Below, in pieces: positions 7,034-16,269 of a stretch of 33,034 nt of DNA. The stretch lies in IMG/VR virus record IMGVR_UViG_3300045988_115170, positions 1 to 33,034 of that record. One strand, given 5' to 3'. How positions within the stretch are numbered: position 1 is the first letter of the stretch; each line of letters starts with the position of its first letter. Below the pieces are notes generated by a model. That model was not told where the DNA came from. It ran no database searches and was given only the letters and a program-made list of their open reading frames with translations. This stretch comes from a virus. The translations under genes and the position numbers were made by a program.

Positions 7034-7276
7034 TTAGCTGCCGTTCCCGCCGATGGGATATTCCACAATGATCGTGCCGGATTCTCTGGCTATGTGAACC
7101 CGCTGACCGGCTGAAAATGTGATAGCGGCATTGTATGGGTAATGCTTTTCTGCCGCCGTGGTATCGCCCGGCAGGATCAGCGCGATCCCGTCGCTGTAAA
7201 TGGCACTCACGGTTGCAATATTTCCGCTCTTGGCGGTCGTCTCAAGCGCTTTCCGCTGTTGGTAATTCTCAATCAA
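7034..7276 (-). CDS. Hypothetical small tail-module protein (80 aa)
   Basis: Overlapping gene junction within the tail-tip module. No recognisable motif. Confidence 0.4.
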   Translation of the reverse strand: MIENYQQRKALETTAKSGNIATVSAIYSDGIALILPGDTTAAEKHYPYNAAITFSAGQRVHIARESGTIIVEYPIGGNGS

Positions 7277-8306
7277 TGCTGTAAAACACCTTCTTTGCCG
7301 TGTGCGTCATCTGGCCGCCGGGGGCACAGTCAAGCGTCCACTCCTGTTCCTCCAGCAGGCCGATGCCGTCGCGCATCATTAGTATGCTGTCATTTAACCT
7401 GTGAGGCTGCTCTGTGTCCCCGCAGGATGTAAACGTATAATTTGCGGCCCCCATCATGCTCAGCAGCATCCTGTTCTTCACATGCGTTTCAAGCGCAGCC
7501 TGCGACGCGATTCCCTCTACCGTCTCCACGCTCACGATGCGACGCCCTCGCCGCATGATGCTCAGCGGGCTTGTGGGGTTGACGTTCTCAGCCACGGCGC
7601 GCAGCTCTTGACCCAGATCCGCACTGCTCACGATGTCCACGAAAACATTGGCCGCATTGAATGTGTCTGCCTCAACACTCATGGGGATGCGCAGCAGGGT
7701 CGCCTCATCGGCTCCGTAGCGGTGCGTGCGGTTATTGATGGACGCTGGCTCCCAGGGCTCTGCCACGGCAACGCCGCTGCCGTCAAAATAAATGTCCCGG
7801 TAATTGATCTCGGCAAGCAAAGCGGACACGACTGCGTACCGCGTTGTGCCGATCTCCCATTCATGGTCTGTCATCAGCACATCGTCTGTGTCGATGATGC
7901 TGACCACGTTGACGCCAGCCGCCAGCAGCTGCTCGCGGATCGCCGTGGTGTATCGCGTCCCGGCGCGGATCATTAGGGTGCGCTCCAGCACACTCAGATT
8001 GCGCAGGGCATAGCCCTGGTCGTACCCGGTCAGTTCCTGCGTTTTGTGGCCGTATTCGTCCACGCTGGCAGGGCACGTCGTAACACAAAACAACCCCAGT
8101 GGCGTTCGGTCAGCGTTATCCACGCGCACAACACTCAGCATGTCCGTCAGCCAGTTGACGTCCTCGTCCGGCTCCACGGTCAGTGTGACGGTGCTTTTGA
8201 CCTCGGCGCTGCCCGTAAAGCGGATTTGCGGGGTGCAGTCAGCAGGCACCTGCAGCACGCGGTAGGGTGCACCGCTGCGCATGGCGACAAACTCATATCG
8301 GATCAT
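7269..8306 (-). CDS. Tail-tip / baseplate hub-like protein (possible Tal N-terminal-type)
   Basis: Assigned by size and position only: second gene after the tape measure. Confidence 0.35.
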   Translation of the reverse strand: MIRYEFVAMRSGAPYRVLQVPADCTPQIRFTGSAEVKSTVTLTVEPDEDVNWLTDMLSVVRVDNADRTPLGLFCVTTCPASVDEYGHKTQELTGYDQGYALRNLSVLERTLMIRAGTRYTTAIREQLLAAGVNVVSIIDTDDVLMTDHEWEIGTTRYAVVSALLAEINYRDIYFDGSGVAVAEPWEPASINNRTHRYGADEATLLRIPMSVEADTFNAANVFVDIVSSADLGQELRAVAENVNPTSPLSIMRRGRRIVSVETVEGIASQAALETHVKNRMLLSMMGAANYTFTSCGDTEQPHRLNDSILMMRDGIGLLEEQEWTLDCAPGGQMTHTAKKVFYSID

Positions 8307-10815
8307 ACTTGACCGCCTCCCGCTGTATCTCGGTTATGCTCAAGCTCAACGGCGTGCAGCCGTGGTCGCGGCTTTCCTGCAAATCCTTAAAAACGCCAAT
8401 CGCCAGATGCCCGGCTCTGTCCTTATATACGACCTGCTGTCCGGCTAAGCTGCGCAGCTTAGCCAGCTCATCCGCGCTCTTGCATGCGTGCGCAATAGTA
8501 TGTGTCACTACTCGGTTGCCTGCATCATGCCAGACGGGGAGCTCTTGACCCCAGTACTGCCGGTAACTGCCGTTAAGGCTTGTGCTTTTGGTGTAGTTCT
8601 GGTAGCTGGTCGCATATTTCAGCGCCATCCACCAGCTGCCGTTGAGCGGTCCGATTGCGGCATAGGGCACACTGGGCGCAACCGTGACCGGCGCGCTGTC
8701 CGTATAGTAGCCATCCGCATCAAAAATGCGGATCACGTACCGGTGATCCAGCACGCCGGTGCGGTCTGTGTACAGTCCTCTGTCCGCCTTGGCGATCAGT
8801 TCACCGTCCCGCAGGATGTACGCGTTATCTCCGCCCCAATGCAGCCGTACCTCTCCCCAGCAGCTCTCTGCGTTGCAGATCACCGGGTCGCCAGGCTGAT
8901 TCTTGACTTTGATCTCGCAACTGGCCCACGGGGACGCGTCCCCGTAAGTGTTGTAGATGCGGACAGACAGAGTATGCTTTCCGTCCGCCAGCACAGCGTC
9001 AGACTGCCACTCTTTGCCCGTGCCGTAGTGCACGCCCAGGCTCACTCCATCCACTGCGATCTCATAGCCGTCCTGCTCCTGCGCCTGCCAGCGCATTTTT
9101 GCAAGCGGTTTGTTATCATAGTAGGAGATGACCGGAGCTTTCGGCGCGCGGCGGATTGCAAAAATCGCCGCGCCGGAATAGTTGCCAAACACGCCGTCTG
9201 TGTTTTTGGTGCGCACGCGCCAGTAAATAACGCCGCTGGAAAATGTGCCGGCAGCTGCCTGGTAGCTCTTATCTGCATTGTCCGCGTTGGCCAGCACAAG
9301 ATAGGACGCGCCGCTGTCGGTAGAGTAGCTCAGCTCCCACCCGGTTTGAGCCGTACCTGTCACGTTCGCGTGCTGCCACACAAACGTAATGCCCTGGACA
9401 GTGTCATCCATGTACTCGCCCGCGGGGCTCACTGCTACAGGTGTGCTCAGCGCGTCCAATGTGGACACGCTGATCGTATCGCTGATAACCTTTGAGCCGG
9501 TGTTGGCAACCGCCTCAACATACCAATCCAGTGTTGTGCATCCCTCGGCAAATGTGTTTGCCGGTACGTCTGCATACTGCTGCGATCCGCTCACGGCGGC
9601 GGTGTGCCACGCGCTCTCGTTGTTGGCCTTGTAGTAAAGTGTCGCACTCTGCTGCGTGACGTCGCCGGGCCGGTCATCACTGTCAACGCTAAAAACCCAG
9701 CTGAATCGGTTGTCAACTGCCCGTGGCGCAGATGCTCCCGCTGCAGGGGTCGTGCCCTTGACGGACACTGGCACCTCAACGTTGGTCACCTGCACCCAGC
9801 CGGATGTGTGCGTGGTTCCCACGGTACTCCGCGCTATAACGCGCCACTGGTAGCTGCCAATGGGCAGTACGCCGCAGTTGACGGTCACGTGGGTCGTGTC
9901 GTTGCCGACGCTGGCAAACTGCGCAGGGTCGGCCATATTATCCGTGCGGTACTGAAGCACAGCAGATGCCTGCTGCAGCGCACCGCTGATAGAGCCACTG
10001 GCGATACTGCCGACAAAAGCCCAGCTAAACGTGGCGTCAAAGCCGTAATACGTCTTGCTGGTAGGGCGCAGGTCGTCCACCTTGGCGCTGGGGTCGGCAA
10101 GTGACAGGGAGTAGGTAGGGCTCTCCGTCACCGTACCGGATCCATAAGCCCCTACTCGCACCCGCCAGCGGATGCCGCTGCCGCTTGACCATGCGGTAGT
10201 ATCCAGATCGTAGGACGTTGCGCCATTGCTCAGGCTGATTGTCTGGCCGTTTCCGCCGTCCTGGTCCGTAATAACGATCTGGCAGGTGGAGTTGCTGCGC
10301 TCAAAGTCATCTTCTGCGTTAGTCGTCCACTGCAAACGGTACTTTGTGTATCGCGCCACCGTTCCGCTGGTCCAGGCTGTGCCCGTCGGCGTGATGACAC
10401 CTTGGTAGCTTACGCAGTTGATCACCGTATCGCTGCGGCTATTACCAACGTTGTTGTATCCGCTCTCGGCATTCACATATATGCCGTAAGCTAAAATTTC
10501 TTTTTTGTTTTTCTGAGTGAACGCGTCAAATGAAAACGTGCAATTCCCGTAAGAAAAATTGCTCTGCTCGCAAACGCTGTTCTCGCTGCTGTGATAGCTC
10601 GAACCTGCGCTGTTAGCAAGTGCATATCCAACCAGCCTGACTCTTCGGCTGCCATTTCCGTATGCAGGGACACGGACGCTCAAGCTCCCAATATACCGGC
10701 TTGTGTTCCCCATCCCAGTGCTGAATAGCCACGAGCATCTGTATGCTTGGTAGTTGGCATTGGGGACCCTGTTGTTTGCCGCAAAGTTTCTCGTGCTCCA
10801 GCTGTGCGATTTCAC
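8293..10815 (-). CDS. Large tail structural protein with tandem Ig/FN3-like modules (possible evolved distal tail protein)
   Basis: First gene after the tape measure. A module signature recurs (IRWRVRVGAYGSG, YQWRVIARSTVG, LDWYVEAVANTG, IYWRVRTKNTDG). Confidence 0.5.
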   Translation of the reverse strand: MKSHSWSTRNFAANNRVPNANYQAYRCSWLFSTGMGNTSRYIGSLSVRVPAYGNGSRRVRLVGYALANSAGSSYHSSENSVCEQSNFSYGNCTFSFDAFTQKNKKEILAYGIYVNAESGYNNVGNSRSDTVINCVSYQGVITPTGTAWTSGTVARYTKYRLQWTTNAEDDFERSNSTCQIVITDQDGGNGQTISLSNGATSYDLDTTAWSSGSGIRWRVRVGAYGSGTVTESPTYSLSLADPSAKVDDLRPTSKTYYGFDATFSWAFVGSIASGSISGALQQASAVLQYRTDNMADPAQFASVGNDTTHVTVNCGVLPIGSYQWRVIARSTVGTTHTSGWVQVTNVEVPVSVKGTTPAAGASAPRAVDNRFSWVFSVDSDDRPGDVTQQSATLYYKANNESAWHTAAVSGSQQYADVPANTFAEGCTTLDWYVEAVANTGSKVISDTISVSTLDALSTPVAVSPAGEYMDDTVQGITFVWQHANVTGTAQTGWELSYSTDSGASYLVLANADNADKSYQAAAGTFSSGVIYWRVRTKNTDGVFGNYSGAAIFAIRRAPKAPVISYYDNKPLAKMRWQAQEQDGYEIAVDGVSLGVHYGTGKEWQSDAVLADGKHTLSVRIYNTYGDASPWASCEIKVKNQPGDPVICNAESCWGEVRLHWGGDNAYILRDGELIAKADRGLYTDRTGVLDHRYVIRIFDADGYYTDSAPVTVAPSVPYAAIGPLNGSWWMALKYATSYQNYTKSTSLNGSYRQYWGQELPVWHDAGNRVVTHTIAHACKSADELAKLRSLAGQQVVYKDRAGHLAIGVFKDLQESRDHGCTPLSLSITEIQREAVKYDPI
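9452..9468. repeat. Palindrome family copy 3 (one mismatch): GCGTCCA-ATG-TGGACAC, inside a CDS
   Basis: Read directly. It shares the flank GGACACGCTGATC with copy 10 (32474..32490, read on the opposite strand). Confidence 0.6.
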
Positions 10816-12473
10816 GTCAACGCCCCCTGTCTCATGCTCATGGCTTCATTTTTTGCAATGGCCACAATATCGTTAAATTCCTTGACATTCTTGGCGTCAA
10901 TGGTTATCTGCCCGATACTGATATTGCTGCCGCCCAGAAGTCCGCGCGTCTGGCTGTTGTTGTAGATGCGCTCGCCTCCTCGCAGATTGACCAGTTCCGG
11001 CCCGTTTTCGCCCACAAGCGCCAGACCGCCGTGCGCGCTGCGCGTGCCGGTGGCATAATGCGGCACCTTGCTGTTGGCTGCGCGCATTGTCCCCATTGTA
11101 GCCGAGGATATACCGCTCATGGCGCTGTTGATTTCGTTTCCTTTGCCGATCAGAACAGCGACCACAGCTACCAGCGCAGTAATGCCGGCAACGATCAGCA
11201 TGATTTTTATATACAGCGGATCCATAAAGCTCATAACGCCGCCGATCATGCTTTTCACGGTTCCAACCGGCCCCTGCAATTCTTTAATGGCCTTCACCAC
11301 GAGCAGCACTACTGTGGCGATGCTGGTAATAGAGATAACTGCCGTCAACACTGGCGTTGGGATAGCGTTCAGGGCCTCGGCAAACGCTGTAATGATGGGC
11401 AGCAGCGCCTCGGCAAAGCTGCGCTTCACGGCGTCGCCCTGCTTGTCCAGCTTTTGCAACGCATCGTTAAGTCTGCCGAGACTCTGCCACGTCTCGTTAT
11501 CGGTCACATAACCGACCTCGTGCGCCTGCTCGGCCAGTTCTTTCAGTCTGCCGCTGCCCGCCTCGATCAGCGGGTTTAGATCGGTAGCAGACCTGCCAAA
11601 GATGTCCATAGCCAGCGCATCGCGCTCGGTCTCGTTTTTCATCTTGCCCAGGGCGTCAATGGTTTTCAAAAACACCTCATAGTTGTCCTTGAGCTTTCCG
11701 CTGCTGTCCGACACTTTTACATGCAGTTTTTTAAATGCCTCTGCTGCGGAGCCTGTCCCAGTAGCCGCCGTCTGCATATTGTTGGTCAGCTTTACCAGAC
11801 TGCCGCGCAGCGTGTCCGTGCTTACATCCACAAGCTCACTGGCGTACTCAAACTCCTGCAGCTGTTCTGTGGTCAGGCCGGTCTGGGTGGACAGGGTCAG
11901 CAGGTCATCTGCTGTCTTGCTCATATCTATTGTGGATTTTGCAAGTGCTCCCACCAGGCCGCCGACAACGGTCACCGCGGCTGCACCGCTGGCCGAGAAG
12001 CCGTCCAGCTTGTCAACCGCAGTCTGCAAGCCGGGCGGCAGACTGATTCCCAGCGCATTGGCCAGGCCGTTGACCACATCCGCCAGGCTGGCGGTGGTCT
12101 TGTTGGTTCGCTCCTGCTGGTCGCTCAGTTCCTTCAGGAGGTTTTCCTGCTTGGCAACCTCTGTCTGGGCGCTGATCAGGCTTGCTCGCCACTGCATGGT
12201 CGTTTTACTGGACTCACCCTCACGCCGAGCGCTGTTTTCGTAGGCCTGCTGCAGCACCTGCACTTTATCCCGGTAGCTCTGCAAAGTCTGCTGTGCGGCC
12301 TCGTACCGCTGCTGCAGGGCGGCCTGCCGGTCGTCCATTTCGCGGGTCTGTTCGGTCACAAGCTGCATCTGCTGCTTATTTACCTTCAAGCCCGCGTTTA
12401 CTTCGCTCAGTGCCGCCTTGAATTGCTGGTCATTTTCCACGACAAGGCTGACACCTGCTTTAGGCATCGACAT
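10812..12473 (-). CDS. Tape measure protein
   Basis: Long helical protein with a central hydrophobic segment, directly after the G/GT chaperone genes. Start MSMPKAG is preceded by AAGGGGG. Confidence 0.85.
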   Translation of the reverse strand: MSMPKAGVSLVVENDQQFKAALSEVNAGLKVNKQQMQLVTEQTREMDDRQAALQQRYEAAQQTLQSYRDKVQVLQQAYENSARREGESSKTTMQWRASLISAQTEVAKQENLLKELSDQQERTNKTTASLADVVNGLANALGISLPPGLQTAVDKLDGFSASGAAAVTVVGGLVGALAKSTIDMSKTADDLLTLSTQTGLTTEQLQEFEYASELVDVSTDTLRGSLVKLTNNMQTAATGTGSAAEAFKKLHVKVSDSSGKLKDNYEVFLKTIDALGKMKNETERDALAMDIFGRSATDLNPLIEAGSGRLKELAEQAHEVGYVTDNETWQSLGRLNDALQKLDKQGDAVKRSFAEALLPIITAFAEALNAIPTPVLTAVISITSIATVVLLVVKAIKELQGPVGTVKSMIGGVMSFMDPLYIKIMLIVAGITALVAVVAVLIGKGNEINSAMSGISSATMGTMRAANSKVPHYATGTRSAHGGLALVGENGPELVNLRGGERIYNNSQTRGLLGGSNISIGQITIDAKNVKEFNDIVAIAKNEAMSMRQGALT

Positions 12474-13028
12474 CTGCAAGCCCCCTTTCCTGTGGCAGTT
12501 CAATACCATTCATGGCGCAGTATTCTGTAAACTGTGCAAGCAGTTCATCCAGGCTCAAAAACCGCGTTTCCCGCCGGGTATAGCCCAGCAGCCCCACCGC
12601 GATGTATTGCAGCCTGGGGAAATTTATGATTCGGTCGCCGTCAAAGTGCCGCTCGGGGACATCGTCAACCCAGATTCGCTCAGCATCGTCTTCATCGCCT
12701 GCAGCGCCTGACGGCCTGACCCGTTTTTTCCGTAAAACTCCATAAAGGCCTCTTCAACGCTTGCGGTCAAACCGCCTTGCAGATCGGAGAACGAAATGAG
12801 TTTTTTAACAACCCCAAGGCTCGGAGCCTCGTTATCTCGGTGATGTTCTTCGTTGTCAAGCTCAACGCCCTCGCGGATCAGCAGCCAAATGATATACGCT
12901 GCCTCCTCCGGGTCGTTCAGCTTTGCCACGATGGTGCTCAAGTCAGAGTAGTGCTCCTGAAGCTCCTTAACGTTCTGCAGGTCGAACAGTGCCGGGTACT
13001 TGCGGCCTCGCAACGTAATTTCCGCCAT
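12460..13028 (-). CDS. Tail assembly chaperone frameshift product (gpGT analogue, -1 frameshift at 12723..12729)
   Basis: After A_AAA_AAC the -1 frame stays open for about 88 codons (RVRPSGAAGDEDDAERIWVDDVPERHFDG...ELPQERGLADVDA*). It ends at 12460..12462, just inside the tape-measure gene. Confidence 0.7.
12624..13028 (-). CDS. Tail assembly chaperone (gpG analogue)
   Basis: Lies between the major tail protein and the tape measure. A slippery heptamer sits near its 3' end. Confidence 0.75.
   Translation of the reverse strand: MAEITLRGRKYPALFDLQNVKELQEHYSDLSTIVAKLNDPEEAAYIIWLLIREGVELDNEEHHRDNEAPSLGVVKKLISFSDLQGGLTASVEEAFMEFYGKNGSGRQALQAMKTMLSESGLTMSPSGTLTATES
12723..12729 (-). promoter_or_regulatory. 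Programmed -1 frameshift slippery heptamer A_AAA_AAC
   Basis: The zero-frame codons gga aaa aac give an X_XXY_YYZ heptamer in the correct phase. Confidence 0.65.
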
Positions 13029-13032
13029 AACC

Positions 13033-13608
13033 TCACCCCTTGATGTTCAAGAATGTTTTCAGTGCAGCCAGGGCCTCTTCGTATCCATCAAACTCCTGCT
13101 TTTTCACAAAATTCCCTTCACTGTTGCACTCCGCAGATCCTACCAGCTTGGTCGTGCTGTAACTTGTGCTCTTGGAGGCAGTGCTGAGGTTATCGTCCAC
13201 AGGGTCAAAGCTCGCGCGGTAATAGCCCACCAGGCGATACGCAAGCTTGCGGTCAGGCTTTTTCAGCTTGCCAAGCGCGGCAACGCGCACAAGGGCAGGC
13301 GTATCGCCCTCTTTGCGCTCAAGCGTCTTTGTGCTCTCATCATAGTGGTGACCGCACAGTTCCGCCTCATCTGCCAGACTCAGATAGCTGCGATCAATGC
13401 TCAGCTTCGCGCTGGGCGCGCCTGCATCGCGCTGCTCGCGGCGGTCGCCGGCCCACAGCTCGCTGCTGTCGCTGTCGTTTTCGCCGGCGTAGCTCACAAC
13501 AGCGCGCGTGATCTTGCCATCGCCGAGGGTTTCCGTCTCAGACCCATCCGCGCTGGTCACCACAGTAATAGGGCAATAGCCATAGTAGGGAAGTCCGATA
13601 TAAGCCAT
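13033..13608 (-). CDS. Major tail protein (siphovirus type)
   Basis: Position upstream of the G/GT genes, size (191 aa) and composition. No sheath gene is present in the genome. Confidence 0.75.
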   Translation of the reverse strand: MAYIGLPYYGYCPITVVTSADGSETETLGDGKITRAVVSYAGENDSDSSELWAGDRREQRDAGAPSAKLSIDRSYLSLADEAELCGHHYDESTKTLERKEGDTPALVRVAALGKLKKPDRKLAYRLVGYYRASFDPVDDNLSTASKSTSYSTTKLVGSAECNSEGNFVKKQEFDGYEEALAALKTFLNIKG

Positions 13609-13967
13609 TATTGTGCCTCTCTTTCATTCCAGTCGCATCCATCATCGGCTTCTGCCTCAACGTATGCAACAAAGTGTTTTGTGTCGTTATCGTAGCCGTA
13701 CTCGGTCGAGCCGATGATAAACCCGGCATCCCTGAAAGCACAGCGCATTTTTCTGGCGCAGGGCTGCGGCAGATCTCTCGTATACCAAGCCGCGCGCACC
13801 TGCAAGTGTTGCTGCTCATCCAGATCTCCGGCGTATATTTCCGGCGCATCGTCCAAGACGCTCAGCACCACATAGCTGTCCGGCAGCGGATCCTCCTCAT
13901 TTTTAACAAATGAGACATTGCTGCACACAGTTTCCAGTGCGGCCAAGGCCGCATCAATCATGGTCAT
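13608..13967 (-). CDS. Tail terminator / tail completion protein
   Basis: Synteny between the gp10-like neck protein and the major tail protein. Confidence 0.5.
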   Translation of the reverse strand: MTMIDAALAALETVCSNVSFVKNEEDPLPDSYVVLSVLDDAPEIYAGDLDEQQHLQVRAAWYTRDLPQPCARKMRCAFRDAGFIIGSTEYGYDNDTKHFVAYVEAEADDGCDWNEREAQ

Positions 13968-14395
13968 AGCTTACCTCTTTGCCGCAAAACATCCTGCATC
14001 ACAGTGCTAACAGCGTCCTCGCAGCTGTTTGCGGCGCTGTTTAAAAACGGCTGCGCGGGCTCTTTGGCGGTGCCGTACTCTAAGGCCACAGCTTTCTGCA
14101 TCTGTGCAACCTTGTTTGGGTAGTTGGGGCTGGATCCGTGCCCACTATCGTAGCCGCTAAAGCTCACATCCAACCCGTAGCCGCCTCTTTTACGCTTTTT
14201 AGGTTTCCCGGCGCGGACACTGTCAGACAGATGCTTGTTAGCGCGGCTGCTTTTGTGTTTTCCAACCTGCTGTTTCAGCGCATCCACCGCAATGGGGGCT
14301 GCGCTTTTCAACATTTCAGGCGCAATGGAGTCTAAATCGGCGAGCTTTGTCAGCTGCTCCGTGACTTCATCGCTCCACACAAGGTCCATCCTCAC
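13964..14395 (-). CDS. HK97 gp10-like head-tail joining (neck) protein
   Basis: Synteny and size. The ...EYGT..EPAQPFL... region is typical of the HK97 gp10 family. Confidence 0.55.
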   Translation of the reverse strand: MRMDLVWSDEVTEQLTKLADLDSIAPEMLKSAAPIAVDALKQQVGKHKSSRANKHLSDSVRAGKPKKRKRGGYGLDVSFSGYDSGHGSSPNYPNKVAQMQKAVALEYGTAKEPAQPFLNSAANSCEDAVSTVMQDVLRQRGKL

Positions 14396-14706
14396 AGCGC
14401 CTCTCCTTTTGGTTGGGCCAGATCACTGACGGTCAGCTCGACCGTGCTGCCGGTTTCATAAGCCCGTTGGACGCTGTAGCGGTTCCCGTTCCACTCGATC
14501 ACGCGCTCCCCGCTGTATTCATCGGCATGCAGCACAAATACTGCGGTCAGGGTCGTGCCGGCAGCTTCAGCGGCGAAAAACTCGGCCCACTTCACGCTGC
14601 GGCGCTCGCCGTATACGGTGCGCACTTGGGTGTAGTGGTGCTCCAGTACACCCTGCACCTTTTTCGGGGTGTCCCGCAAAAGGGTGATCTGTTCCGTCCA
14701 GTACAT
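14392..14706 (-). CDS. Head-tail adaptor (head closure) protein
   Basis: Synteny. Start MYWTEQ lies 6 nt after AAGGAG. Confidence 0.55.
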   Translation of the reverse strand: MYWTEQITLLRDTPKKVQGVLEHHYTQVRTVYGERRSVKWAEFFAAEAAGTTLTAVFVLHADEYSGERVIEWNGNRYSVQRAYETGSTVELTVSDLAQPKGEAL

Positions 14707-14773
14707 GGGCATCTCCTTACTAAAAAAGCACCGCCGGGCATAGGCACTCCGGCGGTGCATCACAGCACAGCGC

Positions 14774-15067
14774 TCATGCGTCGGGCCAGTCTGTGTAGTT
14801 GGTCGTCATTCGCAGCTGCGCCTTCTGCTCATCGTAGGAGGCTTTCAGCTTATCGTAGTCGCCGGTCGGCCAGAAGTTGGCGCGGCAGTAGGTGATGACG
14901 GCACGGCGGATCAGCGGGTCCTGCGTGTCCAGGTTGGACACACCGGCCTGTTTCAGGTCAGCCAGGGCCGCATCCACCAGGTCGCTCACTTCCTGCGTCA
15001 GCTCCTCCGGCATATCAGACCGGCGCAGCGCTACCGTCACTTTGGACAGCAGGTCGTTGTCAGCCAT
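14774..15067 (-). CDS. gp6-like head-tail connector protein
   Basis: Immediately after the capsid gene. It is about 97 aa, acidic and helical, as in the phage gp6-like connector family. Confidence 0.6.
   Translation of the reverse strand: MADNDLLSKVTVALRRSDMPEELTQEVSDLVDAALADLKQAGVSNLDTQDPLIRRAVITYCRANFWPTGDYDKLKASYDEQKAQLRMTTNYTDWPDA
14925..14941. repeat. Palindrome family copy 4: GTGTCCA-GGT-TGGACAC (perfect), inside a CDS
   Basis: Read directly. It encodes VSNLDT. Confidence 0.9.
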
Positions 15068-15081
15068 GGGTCACGCTCCCA

Positions 15082-16266
15082 TCAGCCCTGGGCAGGGATG
15101 GTCAGCGCCACAAAACCGCCCTGGGCAACAACATCAGCACCCAGCTCCACATCGCCGCGGATGGTGTCCATCAGCTTGTCAAAGGCAAAGTCAGCGGACA
15201 CGGCGATCTCGTAGTCGCTGAACAGGTCAAGCTCCATTGCGGCAGGCACGCCGTAGAACATGGTGCGCTGCGCATCGGAGGTCTGGGCCGTGCCAGCGCA
15301 GGCGGTCAGGTTGCTGTTCAGGCAGTAGCGGACACTCAAACCGCCATCCTTGATGATGCCGGTGTTGGGGTTGTCGGTGTCGGGCTCGATCTCATAGACG
15401 GCCTTTTTCTCATTGGTGCCGCGCACGTCACCAAAAGCCACCAGGTCAGCCTTGTTCAGGAACAGCACTGCGCCGCCCTCGACGCCCTCATCGCCGCCAA
15501 AGGCCAACACCAGATTGCGCAGGGTCTTGTCATTGATGACGCCCTTTTTGCCGCTGTCCACGGTAGCGTCTTTGGTGACAACCAGGGTGCTCTCTTTCAG
15601 CTTACCGACAATGAGCGCAGATGCCTTTTTGCGCAGGGCCAGCAGGGCCTGCTCACGGACCTTGGCCTCATACAGCAGCGGGCTCTGCTTCTGCACCTGG
15701 CGGCTGATGTAAGCCAACACAGCCACGGAAGAGGGGCTGATGGTCACGGTGCCGAAGGTGGGCTCTTTGACAGTGGCCGCTGCGCCCTCGGTCTGTTCGG
15801 CAGCAGCATCGACGTCGGTCTTGATGTAGGCAACCTTGTTGCTGCCCATGCCGTCACAGTTGACGACCTTGACCAAATCGACGATGCTGGAAACATGCGG
15901 ACCGACGACATCATTGATGCCAGACACCTCGGTCGGGGTGGCAAGCTTGCCGCCGCTGATCAGAACGCTGCGGGTCTCGGCCACCGAGATGCGGCCCTGG
16001 CGCGTTTCTTTGAACTGCTGGGCGCGGGTCTGGGCATCGGTGATGGCGGTGGGGTTGTCCTGGGGCGCACCGGCACCGTCCGCAACCTTGGCGGCAATGC
16101 CGAGGCGGCGCTGCTCGGTCTCGTACTGCGCGATGCGCTGGCTGATCTCATCGGCCTCGGCCTCCAGGGCGTCCAGGTCGGCACCCTCGGCGTTGACCTC
16201 GGTGCGGATTTCGGCAGCGCGGGCGCGCAGCTCCGCAATGGTCATTTCACTGGTTTTCTTTTTCAT
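15082..16266 (-). CDS. Major capsid protein, HK97 fold family
   Basis: 394 aa with an N-terminal delta-domain-like coiled coil. It follows the prohead protease. Confidence 0.85.
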   Translation of the reverse strand: MKKKTSEMTIAELRARAAEIRTEVNAEGADLDALEAEADEISQRIAQYETEQRRLGIAAKVADGAGAPQDNPTAITDAQTRAQQFKETRQGRISVAETRSVLISGGKLATPTEVSGINDVVGPHVSSIVDLVKVVNCDGMGSNKVAYIKTDVDAAAEQTEGAAATVKEPTFGTVTISPSSVAVLAYISRQVQKQSPLLYEAKVREQALLALRKKASALIVGKLKESTLVVTKDATVDSGKKGVINDKTLRNLVLAFGGDEGVEGGAVLFLNKADLVAFGDVRGTNEKKAVYEIEPDTDNPNTGIIKDGGLSVRYCLNSNLTACAGTAQTSDAQRTMFYGVPAAMELDLFSDYEIAVSADFAFDKLMDTIRGDVELGADVVAQGGFVALTIPAQG

Positions 16267-16269
16267 GGT

